Assembly (NCBI GenBank): GCA_964460185.1
Contig: CAYWTM010000004.1
Span: 3,151-67,150, forward strand
DNA from: an uncultured Roseicyclus sp.
GTDB lineage: Bacteria; Pseudomonadota; Alphaproteobacteria; Rhodobacterales; Rhodobacteraceae
DNA length: 64,000 nucleotides
Direction of reading: 5' to 3'
Shown: positions 28,403 through 37,841 of the stretch, in pieces
Numbering within the stretch: the stretch's first letter is position 1
Layout of the letters: every line of letters begins with the position of its first letter
The notes under the pieces: model-generated
Seen by the model: only the letters and a program-made list of their open reading frames with translations
Database searches by the model: none
Told to the model about the DNA's origin: nothing
Made by a program: the position numbers and the translations under genes

Positions 28403-29595
28403 CCGGACCCCTCAAACACATTCGCGTTCTGGACCTGTCCCGCATCATGGCGGGCCCGTGGGCAGGGCAGATCCTGGCCGATCTCGGTGCCGAGGTGATC
28501 AAGGTGGAACGCGCGGGCGTGGGCGACGATACCCGCCGTTGGGGGCCGCCCTACCTGCAAGGGTCCGACGGCAGGGACACCGCGGAATCGGGCTATTACC
28601 TGTCGGTCAACCGGGGCAAGAAATCGATCGAGATCGACCTGGCCACGGCAGAGGGGCAGGCGATCGTCAAAGGCATCGCCGCGCAATCCGATATCCTGCT
28701 GGAAAACTTCAAGGTCGGCACCCTCGAACGCTACGGCCTTGGGGCGCAGGATCTCAAGGCGATCAACCCGGAACTGATCTATTGCTCGATCACCGGCTTT
28801 GGCCAGGACGGGCCGCGTGCCGATGACGTCGCGTATGACTTCATGATCCAGGCGATGGGCGGCTTGATGAGCATCACCGGTGCGCCGGATGACGCGCCCG
28901 GTGGCGGGCCGCAAAAAGTGGGCGTGCCGATCGTGGACATCATGACCGGCATGTATGCCGCGATCGCGGTTCTGGCGGCCCTGGCCGAACGCTCCCAAAG
29001 CGGCAAGGGCGACAGCGTCGATATCGCCATGCTGGATGTCGCGACCGCCATGCTGGCCAACCAGGCGATGAACTACCTCGTCTCGGACAAGGTGCCGGTG
29101 CGCCGTGGCAACAAACACCCGAACATCCAGCCGCAAGACGTGTTCCCGGTTCGCGACGGGCACATCGTTCTGGCCGTCGGCAATGACGAACAATTCGTCC
29201 GTTTCGCCCGCGCCATCGGCCTGCCCGACCTGTCCGACGATCCGCGCTACGCCACCAATCGCGAACGGGTGAACAACCTTGGCACCCTGCACCCGCTGAT
29301 CAGCGCGAAATTCGCCGAACGGGATCTGGGACACTGGCTGGCGGCGCTTGGCGCCGAAAAGGTCCCGTGCGGGCCCATCAACACGGTGCCTATGGTGTTC
29401 GACGAACCCCAGGTGAAACATCGCAAGATGCTGCGCGACCTGCCGCACCCGCTGGCGGGAACCGTGAAATCGGTTGTCAGCCCGATGCGTTTCGACCGAT
29501 CCGCGTTGAGTTTCGACCGACCGCCCCCGCTTTTGGGGCAAGATACCGATGCCGTTCTGAAAGAGCTCGGCCTGACGTTGGAGGGCACCCCATGA
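28399..29595 (+). CDS. family-III CoA-transferase (CaiB/BaiF)
   Basis: IRVLDLSRIMAGPWAGQILADLGAEVIKVE signature. Confidence 0.9.
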   Translation: MTGPLKHIRVLDLSRIMAGPWAGQILADLGAEVIKVERAGVGDDTRRWGPPYLQGSDGRDTAESGYYLSVNRGKKSIEIDLATAEGQAIVKGIAAQSDILLENFKVGTLERYGLGAQDLKAINPELIYCSITGFGQDGPRADDVAYDFMIQAMGGLMSITGAPDDAPGGGPQKVGVPIVDIMTGMYAAIAVLAALAERSQSGKGDSVDIAMLDVATAMLANQAMNYLVSDKVPVRRGNKHPNIQPQDVFPVRDGHIVLAVGNDEQFVRFARAIGLPDLSDDPRYATNRERVNNLGTLHPLISAKFAERDLGHWLAALGAEKVPCGPINTVPMVFDEPQVKHRKMLRDLPHPLAGTVKSVVSPMRFDRSALSFDRPPPLLGQDTDAVLKELGLTLEGTP

Positions 29596-30203
29596 GCACA
29601 CCCCGAATTCCCCTGCCCGGCCCGGACGAGATGACCGCCGCGCAACGCGCCGTTTTCGACAAGATCGTCAGCGGCCCGCGCGGGACACTGGTGGGCCCGT
29701 TGCGCGCTGCCATGCACAACCCGGCGCTGGCGGATTGCTGGCAAGCGCTCGGGCAGGTGTTGCGGTATGAAACCAGCCTGCCCGACAGCCTCAATGAACT
29801 GGCGATCCTTGTCGCCGCGCGCCACTGGAACAGCGAACTGGAATGGACGATCCACGCCGGCGCCGCCCGGCGCGCCGGCCTGGACGAAGGCGTGATCGAG
29901 GCGCTGCGCGCGGGCCGCCTGCCGGATTTCACCTCCGAGGCAGAGCGCGAGATCTACGAATTCAGCCGCCAATTGCTGGAGACCGGACGCGTCAGCGAGG
30001 CCTCCTACACGGCTGTGCGGGCGCGCTGGGATGCGCTTGGCGTTGTGGAACTGACGGCGCTGGTCGGGTATTACTCCATGGTGGCCATGACGCTGAACGC
30101 GCATGGAATTCCACTGCCTGACCATATCCCGGCCGAACTGAACAGCACACCGGACACCCGCACGGCGCTGCCCCCATCCCTGCGTCCCGCAACCGCACAG
30201 TAG
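29592..30203 (+). CDS. carboxymuconolactone decarboxylase (AhpD-like) family protein
   Basis: ATG at 29592 overlaps the upstream stop. ELAILVAARHWNSELEWTIH CMD-family helix motif. At 203 aa it is longer than canonical PcaC. Confidence 0.7.
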   Translation: MSTPRIPLPGPDEMTAAQRAVFDKIVSGPRGTLVGPLRAAMHNPALADCWQALGQVLRYETSLPDSLNELAILVAARHWNSELEWTIHAGAARRAGLDEGVIEALRAGRLPDFTSEAEREIYEFSRQLLETGRVSEASYTAVRARWDALGVVELTALVGYYSMVAMTLNAHGIPLPDHIPAELNSTPDTRTALPPSLRPATAQ

Positions 30204-30213
30204 GGTCAGGCCG

Positions 30214-30822
30214 ATGTTCTACGATCCACGCAGCGAAGATCACGGGTTGGCACGCAATCCATGGACGTCCCTGATCGTGCCGCGCCCCATCGGCTGGATC
30301 TCAAGCCTGGCGTCCGACGGCGTCGCGAACCTGGCGCCCTACAGTTTTTTCAACGCGGTGTCGGGTATGCCGCCCTTTGTCATGTTCTCGTCGGCCGGTC
30401 GCAAGGACAGCCAGACCAATATCGAGGCCACGGGCGAATTCGTGGTGAACATGGCGACCGCCGACCTGGCCGAGGCGTTGAACATCTCGTCCGCGACGGT
30501 CCCGCCCGGCGTGGATGAATTCGACCTTTGCGGTCTTGAGAAGGCCGCCTGCCGAAACGTGGCCGTGCCCCGTGTGGCGGCTTCGCCGGTGGCGCTGGAA
30601 TGCGTCTTGAACCAGATCGTGCCGCTGACGGCGCGGGACGGCACGAAAGCCCGGTCCGAGGTCATCTTTGGCGAGGTCGTGGGCATCCATATTGCGGACA
30701 GTGTGATCGTGGACGGCAAGCTGGATATCACCCTGATGCGTCCGCTCGCCCGTCTGGGATACATGGATTACGCGATCACCGATGACGTGTTCGAAATGGC
30801 GCGCCCCGTGGTCGGCGACTAG
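30214..30822 (+). CDS. flavin reductase-like FMN-binding protein
   Basis: PRPIGWISS...NLAPYSFFN split-barrel flavin reductase motif. Confidence 0.85.
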   Translation: MFYDPRSEDHGLARNPWTSLIVPRPIGWISSLASDGVANLAPYSFFNAVSGMPPFVMFSSAGRKDSQTNIEATGEFVVNMATADLAEALNISSATVPPGVDEFDLCGLEKAACRNVAVPRVAASPVALECVLNQIVPLTARDGTKARSEVIFGEVVGIHIADSVIVDGKLDITLMRPLARLGYMDYAITDDVFEMARPVVGD

Positions 30823-30862
30823 CCCTGCACGCCCGTCCATTCTGCGGCCTGCCGACCAATCC

Positions 30863-32140
30863 CTAGTCGTCGCCTGCAACGATGCCATTCTTGCGCAGTT
30901 CGGCGATCTGCTCCGGGGGCAGGTCCAACCGTTCGGACAGAACCCAATCCGTATCCGCGCCGAATTCCGGTGGCGCGCGGTCATAGACATTTGGCGTTTC
31001 GGAAAACCGGATCGGGTTGGCGATCACGTCGATCTCGCCCACCCTGGGGTGCTGCATCCGGCGGCGCAGCTCGCGGTGGCGAAACGTCTCGTCTTCGATC
31101 ACTTCGTCAAAGCCGAGGATCGGCCCCGCCGCGATGCCCATCGCCTCCAGCTTTTGCTGCAACTGGCCGGCCTGCCAGTCGCGGATCCGCGCGGCCAGAA
31201 GCGGCACCAGGTCGTCCTTGTGGCGCACCCGGTCAAGATTGGCGGCATAGCGCGGGTCGGCGGCCAGTTCGGGGCATCCCAAAAGATCGCACAACCGCAC
31301 GAACTGCATATCGTTGCCGACGGCGATCATGATCGGCTTGTCCGCCGCCTCGAAGACCTGCCAGGGGCAGGTGATCTGGGACGCGGTGCCATTGCGGATC
31401 GGCACCTTTCCGTTCGACATGTAATTCATCGCCACGTGCGAGGCCGCGTGAACCTGCGCATCATATAGCGAGATATCCAGGTGCTGCCCCGGTCCGCCCG
31501 CCACATCGCGGTGGTTGAGGGCCGCGAGAATCGCGATCACCGCATAGGATCCCGCATTGATGTCCGAGATCGAATACCCGACCAGGTTCGGCCCCGCCCC
31601 CGGTTGCCCATCGGCCACGCCGGTGATGCTCATGACACCGGTCATGGCCTGAAATACCGGATCATAGCCCGGCAGATGCGACCGTGGCCCGGTCTGGCCA
31701 AAGCCCGTGATGGAACAATAGACAAGGCGCGGATTGACCTTGGCAAGGCTCGCATAGTCGAGGTTGAACCGTGCGAGGTTCCCGACCTTGAAATTCTCGA
31801 TCAGCACATCGGCCCTGGCCGCAAGATCGGTGACGATCTTCTGCCCCTCGGGCCTGGACAGATCCACCGCCAGCGACCGCTTGCCCCGGTTCATCGACAG
31901 AAACGATGACGTCAGCCCGGTCTCGACCCCGTCGGCATCCAGATGCGGCACCCCCATCCGGCGCACGTCATCACCGCCCCGCACATGTTCGACCTTGATC
32001 ACCTCGGCGCCGAAATCGGCCAGCATCTGACCGGCCCACGGCCCGGCAAAGACACGGCTCAGGTCGAGCACATTCAGATGCGACAACGCTCCGGCCAATT
32101 GGATCCCCTTTCCGGCACCAGATCGGTGCCGTTTCATCAT
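30863..32140 (-). CDS. family-III CoA-transferase (CaiB/BaiF)
   Basis: LNVLDLSRVFAGPWAGQMLADFGAEVIKVEH signature. Confidence 0.9.
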   Translation of the reverse strand: MMKRHRSGAGKGIQLAGALSHLNVLDLSRVFAGPWAGQMLADFGAEVIKVEHVRGGDDVRRMGVPHLDADGVETGLTSSFLSMNRGKRSLAVDLSRPEGQKIVTDLAARADVLIENFKVGNLARFNLDYASLAKVNPRLVYCSITGFGQTGPRSHLPGYDPVFQAMTGVMSITGVADGQPGAGPNLVGYSISDINAGSYAVIAILAALNHRDVAGGPGQHLDISLYDAQVHAASHVAMNYMSNGKVPIRNGTASQITCPWQVFEAADKPIMIAVGNDMQFVRLCDLLGCPELAADPRYAANLDRVRHKDDLVPLLAARIRDWQAGQLQQKLEAMGIAAGPILGFDEVIEDETFRHRELRRRMQHPRVGEIDVIANPIRFSETPNVYDRAPPEFGADTDWVLSERLDLPPEQIAELRKNGIVAGDD

Positions 32141-32195
32141 ATGATCTAGCTGAACAATTCATAGCAGGTGGTCATTGCGCGATCCATTGAAAATA

Positions 32196-32216
32196 CAATA
32201 AGCTAGCATAACTAGC
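32196..32216 (+). promoter_or_regulatory. AT-rich tandem half-sites CAATAAGCTAGC-ATAACTAGC
   Basis: Shares ATAACTAGC with 26794 and 36111, and shares CAATAAGCTA (reverse complement) with 19603-19612. Lies between the divergent CoA-transferase and GntR genes. Confidence 0.45.
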
Positions 32217-32236
32217 CCATATCGCCGCGGCGACCT

Positions 32237-33022
32237 GTGACGCGGACCATGAGACTGGAGCCACCAATGCCGGATACCGGAAGGACCTCGCAAACCGCCA
32301 ATGCCCTGCGCAAAAGCGCCGTGGCCCGTTACCTGCAGCTTGCGGGCCTGTTCCGGCGTCGGATCGAGACGGGCGAATGGGCGGTGGACGCGCGCATCCC
32401 CACCGTCGAGGAACTGGCAAAGGAATGTGGCGTCGCCAACATGACGATCCGGCAAGCGCTGAGCCTTCTGGAGCAGGAGGGCCTGATCGAACGGTTCCGT
32501 GCCAAGGGCACATTCGTGCGCAAGCGCAACCGCCGCGATTTGTGGTGCGAAGTGCAGACCGATTGGAATGGCCTGCTGATGTCGCGCGACAATGCCAAAA
32601 TCGAGGTTCTGGGCGTCGAAAGATCCGTTCAGCCGTCGGATTTCCCGGCCGGGGTCGCCAAACTTGCCGACAGTTACCTGCACCTGCGCAGACGTCATGG
32701 CCGCGATGGAGAGGCGTTCTTGCTGGCCGACGTCTTCATCGACGAACGGATCTGCGAGAAAATCGATGAGGCGGATTTCGAGCGCAAGACATCCATGCGG
32801 CTGATCGCGGATGTGCCCGGCCTCAAGATCGTCGATGCGCGCCAGATGCTGACAATCGGATCCGCCGACCCCGAGATCAGCGAACTGCTTGGCGTGCCTC
32901 TGGGCGATCCGATTGCCTATGTCCAGCGTATCGCTGTGGCCCAGGACGGCACTATGGCGCTGATCGCCAACGGGATTTACCGGGGCGACATGGTCCGCGT
33001 GGATATCAAGCTGCTGACCTGA
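32237..33022 (+). CDS. GntR-family transcriptional regulator (HutC/UTRA type)
   Basis: IPTVEELAKECGVANMTIRQALSLLEQEGLI winged HTH. The C-terminal part is UTRA-like. Confidence 0.9.
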   Translation: MTRTMRLEPPMPDTGRTSQTANALRKSAVARYLQLAGLFRRRIETGEWAVDARIPTVEELAKECGVANMTIRQALSLLEQEGLIERFRAKGTFVRKRNRRDLWCEVQTDWNGLLMSRDNAKIEVLGVERSVQPSDFPAGVAKLADSYLHLRRRHGRDGEAFLLADVFIDERICEKIDEADFERKTSMRLIADVPGLKIVDARQMLTIGSADPEISELLGVPLGDPIAYVQRIAVAQDGTMALIANGIYRGDMVRVDIKLLT

Positions 33023-33034
33023 AAGCCGCGCCTC

Positions 33035-34552
33035 TCAGGCCTCGCCCGGCGGAACCCTTGCAGCGCGGCGCGCCCGGATCAGCTGCCGGACGCCACCCAG
33101 CATCGCCCAGATGAGCATCAGCGCCGACAGCGCGAGGATCGACCCGGTCAACGGATCGCCGATCAGCCGCATGGGATCACCACGCGCCAGCAACATGGCG
33201 CGGCGCAGGTTTTCCTCCAGCATCGGGCCAAGCACGAAGCCCAGTATCAGCGGGGCCGCTGAATACCCCACCCGCTGCAGCAGGTAGCCCAGCGCGCCGA
33301 AAATCACCACGAGCCATACATCGAAGACGCTGTTGCGCATGCTGAACACCCCGATGCAGATCAGCGCGATCACGACAGGATAGATGTACTTGTACGGGAA
33401 TTGCAGGACCCGCACCCACAGCCCGATCAGCGGGATGTTCAGGATCAGCAGGAAAAAGTTCCCGATCCAGAAGCTGGCGATCAGGCCCCAGAAGATGGTC
33501 GGATGATCCGAAACCAGAAGCGGGCCGGGCGTGATCCCGTGGATCATCAGTGCGCCCAGCATGATCGACATCGTCGCACTGCCCGGAATGCCGATGGTCA
33601 GGGTGGGAATGAACGCCGTCTGCGCAGCGGCGTTGTTGGCGGATTCAGGGGCTGCGACGCCCTGGATCGCGCCCTTGCCAAAGATCGACTTGTCCTTTGC
33701 GACGCGAACCTCGGTGGCATAGGCCAGGAACGCGGCAATCACCGTACCCGCGCCCGGCAAGGCCCCCAGAAAGCCGCCGATCGAACTGCCGCGCGCCATG
33801 GGCCCCAGTGCTTTTCGCATGTCGTCCCGCGTGGGGATCATGCCCCGCATCGTGACCTTTTCCGTGATCTTCCGTTTCCCCGCATCCCGGATGGAACTGA
33901 TGACCTCGGCAATCCCGAAAAGCCCCATTGCGATGGCCACAAGGCTGACCCCGTCACGCAGCTCCAGGTAGCCGAACGTGTAGCGGAATTCGCCCGAGGT
34001 CACATCCGTGCCCACCGTGCCAAGCAGCAGCCCCAGGACAACCATGATCATGCTTTTCACAACTGACCCGCCCCCCACGGTGACGGCAGCAACAAGCCCC
34101 AGGAGCATAAGCGCGAAATAATCCCCCGGCCCAAAGCCCAGACCGACCTGCGCGATGGCGGGACCAAATCCCATCAGCGCGATCACCCCGAAGGATCCGC
34201 CCACAAAGGACGCGATCGCCGTGATGAAGAGCGCCACGCCCGCCCGGCCCTGCTTTGCCATCGGATTGCCATCAAGGCATGTGACCGCCGCCGAGGGCGT
34301 GCCGGGGAGGTTCAGCAGGATCGACGCGATCGAGCCCCCGTATTCCCCGCCATAATAGATCCCCGCAAGCATGATAAGCGCGGTGGTCGGCTCAAGATAA
34401 AAGGACAGCGGCAGCAACATCGAAATCGCGGCCAATGATCCAAGCCCCGGCAAAACGCCGATGAACGTCCCCAGAAAGACACCCGCGAAACAATAGGCGA
34501 GATTTTCCAGCGTCAGCGCCGTGGCGAACCCAAGGATGATATTCTCAAGCAT
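33035..34552 (-). CDS. tctA: tripartite tricarboxylate transporter large permease
   Basis: 505 aa polytopic protein with a TctA-type sequence (GVLPGLG...GGEYGGS). Confidence 0.95.
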   Translation of the reverse strand: MLENIILGFATALTLENLAYCFAGVFLGTFIGVLPGLGSLAAISMLLPLSFYLEPTTALIMLAGIYYGGEYGGSIASILLNLPGTPSAAVTCLDGNPMAKQGRAGVALFITAIASFVGGSFGVIALMGFGPAIAQVGLGFGPGDYFALMLLGLVAAVTVGGGSVVKSMIMVVLGLLLGTVGTDVTSGEFRYTFGYLELRDGVSLVAIAMGLFGIAEVISSIRDAGKRKITEKVTMRGMIPTRDDMRKALGPMARGSSIGGFLGALPGAGTVIAAFLAYATEVRVAKDKSIFGKGAIQGVAAPESANNAAAQTAFIPTLTIGIPGSATMSIMLGALMIHGITPGPLLVSDHPTIFWGLIASFWIGNFFLLILNIPLIGLWVRVLQFPYKYIYPVVIALICIGVFSMRNSVFDVWLVVIFGALGYLLQRVGYSAAPLILGFVLGPMLEENLRRAMLLARGDPMRLIGDPLTGSILALSALMLIWAMLGGVRQLIRARRAARVPPGEA

Positions 34553-34557
34553 CGCGA

Positions 34558-34998
34558 CTATGGCCCGAACTGGAACAGCGGCATCGTCATCCCCAGAAAC
34601 CGCGAAAACAGGAGATACGCGCCAGCAGAGGTCACGATTGCCAGGATCACGGCCGGCAGCAGGCCGAACCGGCGCTCGGACAGTGTTGCAACACCGATGA
34701 CGACAAAAAAGGCGGGGATCATGCCGAACAGGTGCATGGTCACGGCGAACCCGACGACGGCGGCGAGGATAGCGAAAAAGGGTCGCCAGTCGATGGACAT
34801 CGCCTCGGGTTTCATCGCGGCGGACACCATCTCGCTGATCGCCAGAAGGGTCAGAATGGCGGACAGTACCACCGGGAAATACCCCGGCCCCATCCGGCGC
34901 GCGCTGCCGAATTCATAGCCCAATGCGATGGCAAACGCGCCTGCACCGATCACCGCAAGGATCGCTGCGACCACAAGGCGGAGAGAGACGATATTCAT
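34558..34998 (-). CDS. tctB: tripartite tricarboxylate transporter small membrane protein
   Basis: 146 aa, 4 predicted TM helices, located between tctC and tctA. Confidence 0.85.
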   Translation of the reverse strand: MNIVSLRLVVAAILAVIGAGAFAIALGYEFGSARRMGPGYFPVVLSAILTLLAISEMVSAAMKPEAMSIDWRPFFAILAAVVGFAVTMHLFGMIPAFFVVIGVATLSERRFGLLPAVILAIVTSAGAYLLFSRFLGMTMPLFQFGP

Positions 34999-35021
34999 GC
35001 AGATCCCTCCTCAAGACCGGA

Positions 35022-35051
35022 CACAGGGGGCAACCTCGGCCGCCCCCTGTG
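35022..35051 (-). promoter_or_regulatory. intercistronic GC-rich stem-loop between tctC and tctB
   Basis: CACAGGGGGC-N10-GCCCCCTGTG, a perfect 10-bp stem. Confidence 0.6.
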
Positions 35052-35058
35052 ACAAGGA

Positions 35059-36051
35059 TTACTCCGCGATGCCCAACTGGTCGATCACGCCCGCCCATAG
35101 TGTGCGGTTGTCCTCGAGAAACCGGGTTGCCTCTGCGGGCGCGGTCAACGTCGGCGACAGACCTGCCTGCGCGAAAGACTCCAGAACGGTGGCATCCTGC
35201 ATCGCGGCGTTCAGCGCCTCGGACAGCGTCGCCTGCACATCGTCGGGTGTGCCTTGTGGCGCGACCAACAGATTCCACAGCGTTGCCGAATACCCGTCGA
35301 ACCCGCCTTCGCTGACGGTCGGAACTTCGGGCATCAGGGGCGAACGATCAGGCGACGACACGGCATAAGCCACGATGCCGCCGGCGCGAACCTGTTCGGC
35401 GGCACCCGGCGTGGTCAGCATGGCGATATCGACATGGCCACCCAGCACATCATTCATCAGCGGCGTGTTGCCCTGGTACGGGATATGCAGCATCGGGACG
35501 TCCGCGATGCTGAGCAGGTATTCCATGGCCAGATGTCCCGGCGTGCCGACACCCGACGTCCCGTAGGCCAGCGCATCGGGGTTTGCACCCGCGTATGCGA
35601 TCAGTTCGGGCAGGGTCTGGGGCTCCAGCCCGTTGCGACCCGCGATCACGAGGCCAAGGGTGCCCATGACGCCAACCACATCAAGTTCATTGTCGAAATC
35701 ATAACCGGTTTCACGACCCATCGCGGCGACCAGGATGGATGCACCCACCCCGCTGACACCCAATGTGTAACCATCGGGATCAGAGCTGGCGACATGGCCG
35801 ATACCGACCGTTCCACCCGCACCGGGGCGATTTTCGACGACCACGGGCTGACCCAATGTGCCGGTCATATGTTCGGCCAGGATCCGCGCCACCACGTCTG
35901 TCGATCCCCCCGGAGGAAAGCCGACGACAAGCGTGACAGGTCGTTCCGGATAACTCTGCGCAGCCGCCGCTCCGGCCGCCAGGATGGCAAGCCCGCCCAT
36001 GGCGCCGGCTGCAAATACGCGGCCGACGGTCTTCCAAACCAATGTGGACAT
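35059..36051 (-). CDS. tctC: tripartite tricarboxylate transporter substrate-binding protein (Bug family)
   Basis: Signal peptide followed by YPERPVTLVVGFPPGGSTD, the Bug-family hallmark. Confidence 0.9.
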   Translation of the reverse strand: MSTLVWKTVGRVFAAGAMGGLAILAAGAAAAQSYPERPVTLVVGFPPGGSTDVVARILAEHMTGTLGQPVVVENRPGAGGTVGIGHVASSDPDGYTLGVSGVGASILVAAMGRETGYDFDNELDVVGVMGTLGLVIAGRNGLEPQTLPELIAYAGANPDALAYGTSGVGTPGHLAMEYLLSIADVPMLHIPYQGNTPLMNDVLGGHVDIAMLTTPGAAEQVRAGGIVAYAVSSPDRSPLMPEVPTVSEGGFDGYSATLWNLLVAPQGTPDDVQATLSEALNAAMQDATVLESFAQAGLSPTLTAPAEATRFLEDNRTLWAGVIDQLGIAE

Positions 36052-36110
36052 TCGATCAATCCTCCCTTTGATGTATTTCCTGCCGCCGGCGACTCCCGCA
36101 CAGGTCAGCT

Positions 36111-36124
36111 TAAAAGCTAGTTAT
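36111..36124 (-). promoter_or_regulatory. AT-rich motif ATAACTAGCTTTTA (minus strand)
   Basis: Exact reverse-complement repeat of 26794-26807, 60 bp upstream of the tctC start. Confidence 0.5.
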
Positions 36125-36212
36125 TTAGCGTTTTCACATTTTGAGCCTCCGGGCAAGAAGATTGTCCATGGGCTCATTTGCAGGCCGCGCCCAGATGTGC
36201 AGGGGCCGCCGC

Positions 36213-36836
36213 CTAGGCGTCGCGGGCCTCGCGCATCTCGGCCAACAGGGCGCTGCGCCGATCACGGGCGTGTCGCGCAGTCTGATCGTAGATGCTGTTG
36301 CCATGGGCATCGATGCCGACGGTCAAAGGGCCCAACCGTTCAACCTCGATCCTGGCGATGCGGTAATGGGAAATCATCTCGGGCCAGCCGATGCCCGTGA
36401 CCTTGCGGATCGCCGCCGTCAGGATCTCGGCACCGCCCCCCAGAAACGACAGGTAAACGCACCCCGCTTTTGCCATGGCCTGCGCCGAAGGCGCGCCGAG
36501 ACCGCCCTTGCCGCCGGTCGCACGCAACCCCAGCCCCGGTATCAAACGTGGCATATGCCCGTTGAACCGCGTGCTGGTGGTCGGATTCATATACAAGATT
36601 TCCAATGACCCGTCCTCGGCTTCCTGGTTGAGGCTGCCAAGGTGAAAAAGCGCGCCGCCGTGCATGTCGAAGGGCAGCGGCTCGACCCCATCCAGACATC
36701 CAAGCAGGCGATCATGGGTCGGCAGACCGGCCGTCGCAAAGATCTCGCCGGACAGGTAGACGAAATCCCCGACCCTCAGCGCGCGCACGGCATCCTCGGT
36801 CAGCGGAAGGGTCAGATCGTGTTCGGTAACACTCAT
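36213..36836 (-). CDS. Fe-S hydro-lyase beta subunit (TtdB / class-I fumarase C-terminal domain)
   Basis: Start ATG at 36836 (MSVTEHDL...), with a 4-bp overlap on the alpha subunit. GEIFATAGLPTHDRL and ATGGKGGLG motifs. Confidence 0.8.
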   Translation of the reverse strand: MSVTEHDLTLPLTEDAVRALRVGDFVYLSGEIFATAGLPTHDRLLGCLDGVEPLPFDMHGGALFHLGSLNQEAEDGSLEILYMNPTTSTRFNGHMPRLIPGLGLRATGGKGGLGAPSAQAMAKAGCVYLSFLGGGAEILTAAIRKVTGIGWPEMISHYRIARIEVERLGPLTVGIDAHGNSIYDQTARHARDRRSALLAEMREARDA

Positions 36837-37702
36837 TCGCCCCACTCCATCCGGCCGTCGCCCCAGATGCGGACCCGCGTGCGGCGGTTGATCCAGCAAT
36901 TGAAACACACAGCGACCGGCGTGAACCCGTGGCCGCTGGAAAAATCGATATGCACACCCAGAACGGTCGTATCCCCGCCGGTTCCCATGGGGCCGAAACC
37001 CAGCCCATTCACCGCGCGCGTCAGCCGGTCTTCCATCGCGGCCAGCGTTGGATCGGGATTGATTTCGCCGATCGGGCGCAGGGTCTGTTTCTTGGCCAAT
37101 CCCGCGCAATGATCGAAGGTTCCACCGATGCCGACGCCCATCACGACCGGCGGGCAATGTTGGGCACCCGCCTTGATGGCGACGTCCAGAACATAGGTTT
37201 CGATTTCTTCGAGGCTGGGAAAGGTGAACAGTTCCAATGCCGCCCAACGCCCCGAGCCCAACGCCTTGGGGGAACAAGTCATCTCGACGTAATCCACACC
37301 ACTTTCGAAATCGTAGGTGACGATCGGCATGTCCTTGCCGTGATAACCCCGTTCAAGTGTCAGGGGGTTCGTCACATGCTTCAACAGCGGCGGCTCGATC
37401 GTTTCGACGAGCTCTTCGTAGCCGGCGCGGATGGAGGCTTTGAAATCGCAGGCCAGTTCGGCCTTGCTGCCGATCTTGACGAAATAGACCGGCACACCGC
37501 TGTCGGAACACACGAAGCGATCCTTGCGTTCGGCCAGTTCCGCGCTTTTCAGCTGCAATTCCAACGTGCGGCGGGCGGTTTCATTGGTCTCGGTCTGCAT
37601 CGCGGCCGCGAGGGCCGCCTTGGCGTCTTCTGGCACCTTGCGCAACGATCGGGAATACAGCTGCTTGGTGGCCTCGAAGATCATGTCGTCCGTGATTGCC
37701 AT
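36833..37702 (-). CDS. Fe-S hydro-lyase alpha subunit (TtdA / class-I fumarase N-terminal domain)
   Basis: CSDSGVPVYFVKIG and MGVGIGGT motifs. Start ATG at 37702. Confidence 0.8.
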   Translation of the reverse strand: MAITDDMIFEATKQLYSRSLRKVPEDAKAALAAAMQTETNETARRTLELQLKSAELAERKDRFVCSDSGVPVYFVKIGSKAELACDFKASIRAGYEELVETIEPPLLKHVTNPLTLERGYHGKDMPIVTYDFESGVDYVEMTCSPKALGSGRWAALELFTFPSLEEIETYVLDVAIKAGAQHCPPVVMGVGIGGTFDHCAGLAKKQTLRPIGEINPDPTLAAMEDRLTRAVNGLGFGPMGTGGDTTVLGVHIDFSSGHGFTPVAVCFNCWINRRTRVRIWGDGRMEWGE

Positions 37703-37841
37703 CGCGGTCCTTGTGCCTCCGCCCCTATCGACAGCGTTCCAAGACGCCATCGTCCATGACCAATAGCCGAGCGGTGGGTGGCCCCTCCGAACAGACCCAA
37801 GTCTAGCATCGGCACCACAAAAAGATCAATAACATGACTTT

